Assembly: GCA_963666275.2 (NCBI GenBank)
Contig: CAXXOA010000003.1
Span: 224,001 to 288,000, forward strand
Reading direction: 5' to 3'
Origin: Oceanispirochaeta sp.
GTDB taxonomy: Bacteria; Spirochaetota; Spirochaetia; DSM-2461
Length of the DNA: 64,000 bases
The translations under genes and the position numbers were made by a program. Numbering within the stretch: the stretch's first letter is position 1; every line of letters starts with the position of its first letter. Under the pieces are notes generated by a model. It worked only from the letters and a program-made list of their open reading frames with translations, did not search any database and was not told the origin of the DNA. Of this stretch, positions 20,462 to 28,681 are shown in pieces.

Positions 20462-21939
20462 TTGTTGACGATGAAGAACCGGTGCTGGACAGCTTCGGGT
20501 TTCTATTCAGGAAATATATCAAGGATTTTACCCTTTGCGGCAAAGCCAGAAGCGGCACCGAGGCTGTTAAGGAAATAAAAGACAAGAATCCGGACGTGGT
20601 GTTCATGGATATCCAGATGCCTGGCATGGACGGCATCGAAGCGATCCGTCAGCTCCGCCCCCTTTTTCCCCAGGTCATCTTTATTCTGGCCACCGCCTAT
20701 GAGCGCTTTGATATCGCCCAGAAAGCGATTCCCTTGGGCGTATTCAGTTACCTTGTCAAACCTGTGTCCAGGGCGAAAATCCTGGAAGAGCTGGATAAAG
20801 TCAAGCAGGAACTCGATACGAGAAAAAGGGAACAGCATACCCGCCTTGAAGACGAACAGTTCCTTGAAAAAACAAGAGATGAAAGCCTGAAACAGTTCCT
20901 GACCGGTCTGATCTGGAAGAATCCCGATGAAGAGGCCTGGAATGATTTCTGCCATCTTTTCGGCATAAACAGCGAGGGCGCCTCCGTCTGCCTCCTCGGG
21001 GGACTTAATTCGGTTTCCGAAGGCATACGCAGGGATCTCTATAAGGCTCTGATTCAGAAAATACAGTACAAATTCCATGTCCTTTATACCGAACTGGGGG
21101 ATAAAATGATCCTCTTTTTTCCCGATGAAGGCGTCGGGAAGGATCAGGATAAACAGCTGCGGCAAATCGTCAATGAACACAGTGCCGGCGATCTGACTCT
21201 GGGGATCGGAGGATTCTGCCGTTACTCTGAACTTTCACGCTCTGTCACTGAAGCGTTCCTTCCCTTCGGGGATGCGGAAAACAGCCGGAGCGACCACAAC
21301 AGAGACCCGCAGAACATGTCCTCTCTTTGCAGGGAGATCCTCAGGTGCGAAAGGAGCAAAGGGGAAGAGCTGTTTGAGAATTTCTGGGTTGAGGTATTCA
21401 AAAAAGACGAGTTTAACGTGGCTAAAGGGAAGATGGTCGCACTGTTTACCCTTCTTCTGCATGATATTGAGAATAATATCCTGATCAGAAGTCAGTTGAA
21501 CCTTGATCCTTCTGAACAGATTATGCCCCTGAAAACAATGGACGAATGGAGGCCTTGGGCGGCATCGGCCAAAACCAGCCTCTTTGATCTTCTGGATCTT
21601 CAGAAAAGCCAGGCCTATCCTCAGCCTTTGAAAAAGGCGCTGGCCTATATTGCCCAAAACTATGATCAGCAGATTCATCTCACCTCCGTTGCCGGAGAGT
21701 GTTCTGTCTCCAGCAGCTATCTGAGCCGTCTGTTTTCAGAGCATCTGGACACCACTTTCATCGATTATGTAAACAGATACAGAGTGAATCAGGCGATCTT
21801 TCTGCTGCGGGATAAGGATATTTCCATAAAAGAAGCCTCATTCAGGGTGGGATACCAGAATCCGAATTATTTCAGCAGGATATTCCGCAAAATAATGGGG
21901 ATTTCTCCGTCTGATATAGGTAAAAGGAGCTCTCAATAA
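20446..21939 (+). CDS. YesN-type response regulator (REC + AraC HTH)
   Basis: VVIVDDE, DIQMPGMDG; C-terminal YLSRLF...VGYQNPNYFSRIF. Confidence 0.94.
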   Translation: MYRVVIVDDEEPVLDSFGFLFRKYIKDFTLCGKARSGTEAVKEIKDKNPDVVFMDIQMPGMDGIEAIRQLRPLFPQVIFILATAYERFDIAQKAIPLGVFSYLVKPVSRAKILEELDKVKQELDTRKREQHTRLEDEQFLEKTRDESLKQFLTGLIWKNPDEEAWNDFCHLFGINSEGASVCLLGGLNSVSEGIRRDLYKALIQKIQYKFHVLYTELGDKMILFFPDEGVGKDQDKQLRQIVNEHSAGDLTLGIGGFCRYSELSRSVTEAFLPFGDAENSRSDHNRDPQNMSSLCREILRCERSKGEELFENFWVEVFKKDEFNVAKGKMVALFTLLLHDIENNILIRSQLNLDPSEQIMPLKTMDEWRPWAASAKTSLFDLLDLQKSQAYPQPLKKALAYIAQNYDQQIHLTSVAGECSVSSSYLSRLFSEHLDTTFIDYVNRYRVNQAIFLLRDKDISIKEASFRVGYQNPNYFSRIFRKIMGISPSDIGKRSSQ

Positions 21940-22970
21940 TGCTGCACAGAACCACTGTTATTTTCCTCACTGTTGTCCTGCTACTCTCCTGTACTCCCGG
22001 GGAAAAAGAGGAAAAAGAAAAGATTCTCATCGGTTTTTCCGCCGCTTCGGAGACATTCCTTCTTGAGAGATGGGACCGGGATACCAAGATTTTCATGCAT
22101 ACCGCCCGGGAGCTGGGAGCGGAGGTCATATTTGCCAAATCACCGGGAAACGCCCTGGATCAGATCCCGCAGATCCAGTATCTGCTGAAACAGGATATCG
22201 ATGTGCTGGTGGTCATTCCCCAGGACAAGGCTCTTCTCGGGGGGGTGATTCAGAAAACCCTGGACAGGGGCATTCCCGTACTCTCCTACGACCGGCCGAT
22301 CATGGATGTTCCCATTACGGGGTACATCTCCTTTGACAATCAGGAAGTGGGCCGGCTGCTTTCATCGGCCCTCCTTTCCCGGGTTCCCAAAGGCAACTAT
22401 GTCATCGTCAACGGTTCGGTACATGACAACAACAGCTATCAGGTCAGCAGCGGCGTTCATGAGGTCCTGGATCCTTTTATTGAGAAAGGGGATATCAACC
22501 TGGTGGAGGAGATCTGGCTGGAGTACTGGAGCTATGACGAAGCCCTGGAGGAGATCGGGAAGGTTCTGGAGAGGAACGAAGATATTCAGGCCATTTCGGC
22601 GGCTAACGACCTCATCGCCCAGGCGGCTATCAGGCTCCTCTCGGAGAGGCAGCTGGCGGGAAAAGTTGCCGTGGTCGGACAGGATGCGGATTTAGTGTCC
22701 TGTCAGAGCATTGTTGAAGGCACCCAGTTAATGACTGTGTATAAACCGATTCAGACGCTGGCGGCCAGAGCGGCGGGACTCGCTGTCGCCATGACTCAGA
22801 ATGAAATGCCCGAACCCGATCTGTATATAGAAAACAACAGCGGTAAAAAGATTCCTTTCTATGTGGAAACGCCGATTCCTGTTTACAGGGACAACCTGGA
22901 TTCCACTGTCATTCACGACGGTTTCCATTCCCGGGAAGATGTCTATCGGAACGCAATAGGACAAAACTAA
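21939..22970 (+). CDS. XylF-like sugar-binding lipoprotein
   Basis: Lipobox LLSC; ERWDRD, SYDR, GQDAD, MTVYKP. Confidence 0.9.
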   Translation: MLHRTTVIFLTVVLLLSCTPGEKEEKEKILIGFSAASETFLLERWDRDTKIFMHTARELGAEVIFAKSPGNALDQIPQIQYLLKQDIDVLVVIPQDKALLGGVIQKTLDRGIPVLSYDRPIMDVPITGYISFDNQEVGRLLSSALLSRVPKGNYVIVNGSVHDNNSYQVSSGVHEVLDPFIEKGDINLVEEIWLEYWSYDEALEEIGKVLERNEDIQAISAANDLIAQAAIRLLSERQLAGKVAVVGQDADLVSCQSIVEGTQLMTVYKPIQTLAARAAGLAVAMTQNEMPEPDLYIENNSGKKIPFYVETPIPVYRDNLDSTVIHDGFHSREDVYRNAIGQN

Positions 22971-23245
22971 CCTCAAATCTGTACTATCTTTTTTTGTAAT
23001 AATAAACCTCATGTCAAAATAGCCCTGTTCTTAGCATAACTCTCCTGTATCTGAATCGGAAAAACCATAATACTATTTTTTTAACTAACCAGTTTAAATC
23101 GAGTTATCCGTCACAGGATTATTGAGTACTTTGTATCTTTTTGAGTGCTTACAGGGAAATAAGATAGCTGAAAACCGTGATTTTGCAGCAGTTTCCCGGG
23201 ACGGCTCTGAATCGTGAATTTTTGAATAATTATAGGGGTGTTTTT

Positions 23246-24766
23246 TTGACTGATAATACTATATTGCGCATGAAGTCTATAACGAAGACATTCCCCGGGG
23301 TCAAAGCCCTGGATGAAGTCGACATCGTTGTAGAAAAAGGAGAAATCCACTTTATAGTCGGAGAAAACGGCGCCGGAAAATCTACGCTTATGAAAGTTTT
23401 AAGCGGGATTTATCCTCACGGGTCTTACGACGGCGATATCATTTTTGATGGAAAAATCAAACATTTTCACGGAATAAAAGATTCTGTGAATGACGGTATT
23501 GTTATCATCAATCAGGAACTGGAGCTGTTTCCCAATTTAACGGTCTATGAGAATGTCTTTGTGGGACATGAGATCTGCAGGAACATGTCTGTGATGGACT
23601 GGGACAAGACCAAAGAGGAAGCGAAGAAGTTTCTGGATATGGTTGGTCTTGAAGTCGATATCTACAGCCTTGTGGGAACCCTTGGAGTGGGCAAGCAGCA
23701 GTTAGTCGAAATTGCAAAAGCATTAAGCCAGAATGTAAAACTGCTGATTCTCGATGAGCCCACGGCGGCTCTGAATGAGGATGATAGTGAAAACCTGTTG
23801 AAACTGCTTCTGGATCTGAAGAAGCACGGCATCACTTCCATCATGATTTCTCATAAGTTGAAAGAAGTGGAGGCTATTGCCGATGCCATCACTGTCCTGC
23901 GGGACGGTAAGACCGTTGCCAGAATGACAAAAGATGAAATCAATGAACGGGAAATCATCAAAAACATGGTGGGCCGGGAAATTGAGGATATCTTCCCCAA
24001 AAGACCTAAATATACCGGAGGAGAGGTAGTTCTTGAAACGGCAAGGCTCAACTCTTTTGATCACTCCCTGAACCGGTACATTGTAAAAGATTCCAATATC
24101 AAAATCCGAAAAGGCGAAGTGGTCGGGATTGCCGGACTGATGGGGGCGGGCAGAACAGAGCTGGCCCATAGCATCTTCGGAAATCCGAAGAACTATAAAA
24201 TCACAGGATCCACCATTGTTTTCGGTAAACCCGAAAAGCTGACCTCTCCCAAGAAAGCCATTGAAAAGGGCATTGCCTATGTCTCTGAAGACAGGAAGAA
24301 CAACGGTTTGATTCTGGAGGAGAATATCAGCCAGAACATAACCATTTCCTCTCTGAAAAAGATATCCAGGATGGGTGTTATCAATTTTACAGATCAGAAT
24401 CTGCAGGCGGAAAAATATGTCAGAGATCTGAATATCAAGACCCCATCCATTATGCAGAAACTGAAGAATCTGAGCGGGGGAAACCAGCAGAAGGTGCAGG
24501 TCGGCAAATGGCTGTTTGCCGATCCGAAAATCCTGATCCTGGATGAACCGACCCGCGGGATCGATGTGGGGGCAAAATACGAGATATACACAATTATCAA
24601 TGATCTGGTAGCCAAGGGCATGAGCATCCTGTTCATCTCTTCAGAATTACCCGAGATCCTGGGCATGTGTGACAGGGTCTATGTCATCGCTGAAGGGGTT
24701 CAGACAGCAGAATTCGATATCGAAGATGCGACGCCGGAAAAAATAATGGAACACGCAACAGTTTAA
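23246..24766 (+). CDS. Monosaccharide ABC transporter ATP-binding protein (GguA/XylG type)
   Basis: GENGAGKST; two NBDs; LSGGNQQK; probable TTG start at 23246 after AGGGGTG. Confidence 0.93.
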   Translation: MTDNTILRMKSITKTFPGVKALDEVDIVVEKGEIHFIVGENGAGKSTLMKVLSGIYPHGSYDGDIIFDGKIKHFHGIKDSVNDGIVIINQELELFPNLTVYENVFVGHEICRNMSVMDWDKTKEEAKKFLDMVGLEVDIYSLVGTLGVGKQQLVEIAKALSQNVKLLILDEPTAALNEDDSENLLKLLLDLKKHGITSIMISHKLKEVEAIADAITVLRDGKTVARMTKDEINEREIIKNMVGREIEDIFPKRPKYTGGEVVLETARLNSFDHSLNRYIVKDSNIKIRKGEVVGIAGLMGAGRTELAHSIFGNPKNYKITGSTIVFGKPEKLTSPKKAIEKGIAYVSEDRKNNGLILEENISQNITISSLKKISRMGVINFTDQNLQAEKYVRDLNIKTPSIMQKLKNLSGGNQQKVQVGKWLFADPKILILDEPTRGIDVGAKYEIYTIINDLVAKGMSILFISSELPEILGMCDRVYVIAEGVQTAEFDIEDATPEKIMEHATV

Positions 24767-24817
24767 GACGGACACAGGCAAAGCCTGCTGGCGTCTTATA
24801 CAACCTAAGGAGAAGTA

Positions 24818-26254
24818 ATGGAACAGAATCGTAATGTATTCCAGGGAATTGTGTGGGGAATATACAAATATTTCCTGACTTTGATCTCAATGATTAAAAC
24901 CAATATCAGAGATTATGGGATGTATATTGCCCTTATTGTTATTTTTATCATTTTTCAGTTTATGACCGATGGGGTCTTCTTAAGGGCGTATAATTTTACA
25001 AACTTACTGAATCAGTCCGCCTATCTGGCCGTTTTAGCCGTGGGAATGACCCTGATCATTGTGACCCAGCAGATTGACCTGTCTGTCGGTTACCTGGGAG
25101 CCTTTCTGGGAGCCTACATTGTGGTGGCAGTCGAAACCGGAGGACAGAGTGTCTTCGTTGCTTTAGTTGCTGCTTTTGTCATCACGGTTCTTGTGGGTAT
25201 CATCAAGGGTTTCTTTGTTGCCAATGTGAAAGTCCCTTCTTTTGTAGTCACCCTGGCGGGGATGTTTATTTTCAGAGGGTTTCTGTATTTCCGTGTTAAT
25301 AACAGAACTATTTCGACAACCAATGATTTCTTCCTTAAAATCGGTACGGGTTATCTGCCCAAGATTGAAATCTCCGGATACGACATCATTTCGCTGGGAG
25401 CGGGTATCGCCCTCATCCTTATCGTGGTCATATCAGGCATGCTGCTGCGGAAGAAACAGTCCAGACTGGGTATACCCAATGAGAAACTCGAATTATTCAT
25501 CACGAAGATTGCGGTGATTTCCCTTATCATCGGCTATCTGACCTACACATTCGCCGCCAACAAGGGCATCTCCTACCTGTTATTGATCACAGCTGTGGTT
25601 GTGGCTTTCTATCATTTCATGACAACCCAGACGACCCTGGGCAGAAGGATCTACGCCGTGGGAGGAAACCCTGAGGCTGCAAAACTCTCGGGAATCAATG
25701 TGGAGAAGACCCTGATCATTGTTTTTGTCTCCATGGGAATTACCACAATGATTGCCGGTCTGATGTATGTTGCCAGACTCCAGAATGCGTCGCCCAAACA
25801 CGGGCCTTTCTGGGAACTCTACACCATCGCCGCTGTCTTTATCGGCGGTACCAGCGCCCGGGGGGGGATCGGTAAGGTTGTGAACTCCGTAGTCGGTGCG
25901 GTGGTTATCATGTCGCTGAAAAACGGTATGTCCCTGGCCGGGATCGAAGCCAATATCGAACCCATCATACTGGGATCCGTATTGCTGATGGCTGTGGTAT
26001 TCGATATCTACACAAGGAATGTCATGCCTGTGGATCTTGTGGGTATGCACTATGCCAAGAAAGCCTATAAAGAAGAACTCTCTCAGGCCCGGGCTAATTT
26101 CAACAGGGCGAAAAAGCAGCTGAAGGATGCCCAGAAAGAAAATAAAGACGATCTTATTGAATACGAGTATGAGTTTACAAACGCACAGGGTGCCTACAAT
26201 AAGATCAGAGACAGAATCAGAGTCAGCATGGAAGCTGATTTTATTAAAGAGTAA
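24818..26254 (+). CDS. Sugar ABC transporter permease (GguB/XylH type) with C-terminal helical extension
   Basis: IDLSVG, VPSFVVTLAGM, GRRIYAVGGNPEAAKLSG. Confidence 0.92.
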   Translation: MEQNRNVFQGIVWGIYKYFLTLISMIKTNIRDYGMYIALIVIFIIFQFMTDGVFLRAYNFTNLLNQSAYLAVLAVGMTLIIVTQQIDLSVGYLGAFLGAYIVVAVETGGQSVFVALVAAFVITVLVGIIKGFFVANVKVPSFVVTLAGMFIFRGFLYFRVNNRTISTTNDFFLKIGTGYLPKIEISGYDIISLGAGIALILIVVISGMLLRKKQSRLGIPNEKLELFITKIAVISLIIGYLTYTFAANKGISYLLLITAVVVAFYHFMTTQTTLGRRIYAVGGNPEAAKLSGINVEKTLIIVFVSMGITTMIAGLMYVARLQNASPKHGPFWELYTIAAVFIGGTSARGGIGKVVNSVVGAVVIMSLKNGMSLAGIEANIEPIILGSVLLMAVVFDIYTRNVMPVDLVGMHYAKKAYKEELSQARANFNRAKKQLKDAQKENKDDLIEYEYEFTNAQGAYNKIRDRIRVSMEADFIKE

Positions 26255-26309
26255 ATCTTTGCGGACCTAAGAATCTGCAATTTTTTAATATTTCAATTGG
26301 AGGAACGAA

Positions 26310-27485
26310 ATGAAACGTGTTTTGTTTGGACTGCTTGTGCTCATAGTCATGTCAGGTCTTGCCTGTAAGAATGACAGCGGTATCAAGATCGGTGTTGTGT
26401 TACCGGATGCATCCGAAGAAAGGTGGGCAAATCAGGACGGAGCTTTCTTTAAGCAGGATCTTGAAGCTCTGGGTGAAGGTTATGAGTTTGAAATACTCTT
26501 TTCCGAGGGTGATGAATCCAAGGAGAAACAGAATGTAGAAGCTTTGATCGCCAAAGGAGCAAAGGTTATTATCATTACGGCTCACGGTAACGGCGGTGCC
26601 TCTGTAGAAGCGGCTCACGCGGAAGATGTTGTCGTTGTCGCTCATGACAGAATGGCCAAATCAGCCTCTGACGTAGCCGACTACTACACCACATTCAACA
26701 GCTGGAACGTAGGTAAAGCCATGGGTAAACATCTGGTTGACGCGGCAAAAGCCGAAGGCTACTCTCCCAGCAACAAAGCTGACCTGGCCATTTTCGCCGG
26801 CCGTGTTGTTGACTGGCCCAACGCCACATACTTTTTCGGCGGAGCCTTTGAAATGCTGCAGCCTGAACTCGATATGTTCAATATCGTAAACCAGGATCCC
26901 GCTCCCTTCCTGGCTCTGGATCTCTATACAGAAGCGAACTTTAACGATGCTGCCAAAGATGCCCTTCAGGCTGCTATGCTCCCCATCGATACGGACTGGA
27001 ACCCTGAAACTGCCGGTATCAAAGCCGCCGGTGTTGTCGCTCAGATCGAAAAGACATCTGACGCCGTTTTCGTACTGGCTCCCAATGATGATACTTCTGC
27101 CGCCATCCGCCAGGAATTTGCAAAAATGGCTGAACCCTACGACAAATACTTTACCACCGGTCAGGATGCTTCCAATGTGACATTGGCCAGCCTGATGGGC
27201 GACACTGTAACCGGTAAGGGAACTCAGACCATGACTGTTTTCAAAGATGTTTCCAAACTGGTCAGTGACTCTGTAGCCATTGCTAAAAACGTTGTTGACG
27301 GCGTTGACGGACTGACAGGATTAACAAGCGGACCTTCTATCGACGGTGCCAAAACGGCTTATTCTCCCATCGATACACTGCTGGCTTCCAATCCCCAGTT
27401 AACCTATGACACCATTTTTGCCACCGGTTACAAATCAGAGGATAACCCCGATTTCAGTGACATTGATTTCAGCCCCTACAAATAA
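26310..27485 (+). CDS. Sugar ABC transporter substrate-binding lipoprotein (ChvE-like)
   Basis: Lipobox LAC; ERW, AHDR, APNDD, TGQDA, MTVFKD. Confidence 0.88.
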   Translation: MKRVLFGLLVLIVMSGLACKNDSGIKIGVVLPDASEERWANQDGAFFKQDLEALGEGYEFEILFSEGDESKEKQNVEALIAKGAKVIIITAHGNGGASVEAAHAEDVVVVAHDRMAKSASDVADYYTTFNSWNVGKAMGKHLVDAAKAEGYSPSNKADLAIFAGRVVDWPNATYFFGGAFEMLQPELDMFNIVNQDPAPFLALDLYTEANFNDAAKDALQAAMLPIDTDWNPETAGIKAAGVVAQIEKTSDAVFVLAPNDDTSAAIRQEFAKMAEPYDKYFTTGQDASNVTLASLMGDTVTGKGTQTMTVFKDVSKLVSDSVAIAKNVVDGVDGLTGLTSGPSIDGAKTAYSPIDTLLASNPQLTYDTIFATGYKSEDNPDFSDIDFSPYK

Positions 27486-27505
27486 TTAGTTTGTAAGGAT
27501 TCTTT

Positions 27506-27549
27506 AAAAAAATACCTTAAGGCCTGCACGGCTTTAAGGTATTTTTTTT
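27506..27549. terminator. Bidirectional intrinsic terminator
   Basis: AAAAAAATACCTTAAGGCC-TGCAC-GGCTTTAAGGTATTTTTTTT hairpin with A and T tracts between convergent units. Confidence 0.88.
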
Positions 27550-27565
27550 CTGCCCCTCTTTTTAC

Positions 27566-27698
27566 TCAATCATTTAACAGATTTTGCAAGACTGGTTTCA
27601 AGCTTTGAGGCTGAGTCTCCTTCACCGTAAAGGAATGGCATTGATTGAACCGGGCGTAGGCTGCCAGCTCAGACTTCAGAGCCCTGGCAAAGTCTTCC
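27566..27698 (-). repeat. Displaced duplicate of the 3' end of the ycaQ-like gene (copy of ~37886-38018)
   Basis: 71 bp exact match 27628-27698 = 37948-38018, then diverged similarity to the stop codon; offset 10320. Confidence 0.93.
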
Positions 27699-28130
27699 GC
27701 TGCCTGAGAGTAAAGGGTGTTACCAGTCAATTGCGCGGCCTCAGTGAGGAAATCCCTGTACATTCGCCGGAAAAGGGCTCCTCCGGTTCCCGCTGTTTCC
27801 CATCTGATCCGAAGCCAGGATAAGATCCGCCCCGGTGTCGGGCGCACTGACCAGCCAGTTTGAAATATCTGAAACGAGTTTGCTGATACCCCGTGGCCCA
27901 AGATTGGATATGGGCGCATTCAGATAGGCTTCTGTATTGTTCCGTATACTTTTGGAGACTGCTTCAGAAACTGCCTCCGGGGAGGGAGGGATTTTCCTGG
28001 GTAAATGAAAGGGCTCTGGAACTCATGGGCCCCCGGGCAAGCCGGGTTCTCTTCATTCAGCTTTCGGATAATGTGATCAGACCGTGTTTTTTCATCTTTT
28101 ATGTGGGAGGTGTAATGAAAGAACAGTAGG
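27699..28130 (-). pseudogene. Degraded BtrH/DUF4872-family gene remnant
   Basis: Frameshifted pieces ARGPMSSRALSFT / SIRNNTEAYLNAPISNLGPRGI / ETAGTGGALFRRMYRDFL recognisable as this family; upstream limit approximate. Confidence 0.65.
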
Positions 28131-28270
28131 TCCTGTGAGAGGTTGTATTCCGCTTTCTGTCCTTCATCAATGTCCTGCATACGGCGCAGTTCCACTTCAA
28201 GAAACTCTGTCCTTACACTGCTTCCGTGCATATTCCTCCCCCCCGCATTTTCTGCCATTTTAAGTGGGAA

Positions 28271-28327
28271 TACTCCCCGGAATACTACCCTTGGGGTATG
28301 TGCCGGAGACTGCGGCAGGGTTAGAAT
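28271..28327 (+). promoter_or_regulatory. Operator copy 1 (heptamer + 7-2-7 palindrome) with -10 TAGAAT
   Basis: TACTCCC-N5-TACTACC-CT-TGGGGTA-TGTG; TAGAAT at 28322. Confidence 0.75.
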
Positions 28328-28335
28328 CCCGAAGT

Positions 28336-28584
28336 ATGAAAACAATCAAAGACGAATTGACTTTATTCAATGCCCTTAGGTATGAAATAAGGGCATTGGG
28401 AAATCTGGAGATACATAATTCTGAATGGGACTATGTGGAGAGCATCTATCACAGAAAAATGGATGGAATTTCTATAGTAACCATACTGATCTGTATTGTG
28501 GACCAGGCGGCGTTACTGGGAATAATCAGAAGGCTGTATAATCATGGACTGCCTATCATTACAGTTCGATTCCTTGAAACCTGA
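28336..28584 (+). CDS. Small conserved protein of the type found beside MalT-like regulators
   Basis: YEIR..G.L...W...DQAALLGIIRRLYNHGLPIITV motif; ATG at 28336 within ORF 28264-28584. Confidence 0.72.
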   Translation: MKTIKDELTLFNALRYEIRALGNLEIHNSEWDYVESIYHRKMDGISIVTILICIVDQAALLGIIRRLYNHGLPIITVRFLET

Positions 28585-28681
28585 TTTCTTATCATCGGTA
28601 CACTCCGGGAAATGTTCAAGACCCTGAATCTTTGTGCTATAATGTAAACCTTTCAGTAGCCTTATCCCGCAACTGAGGTAA

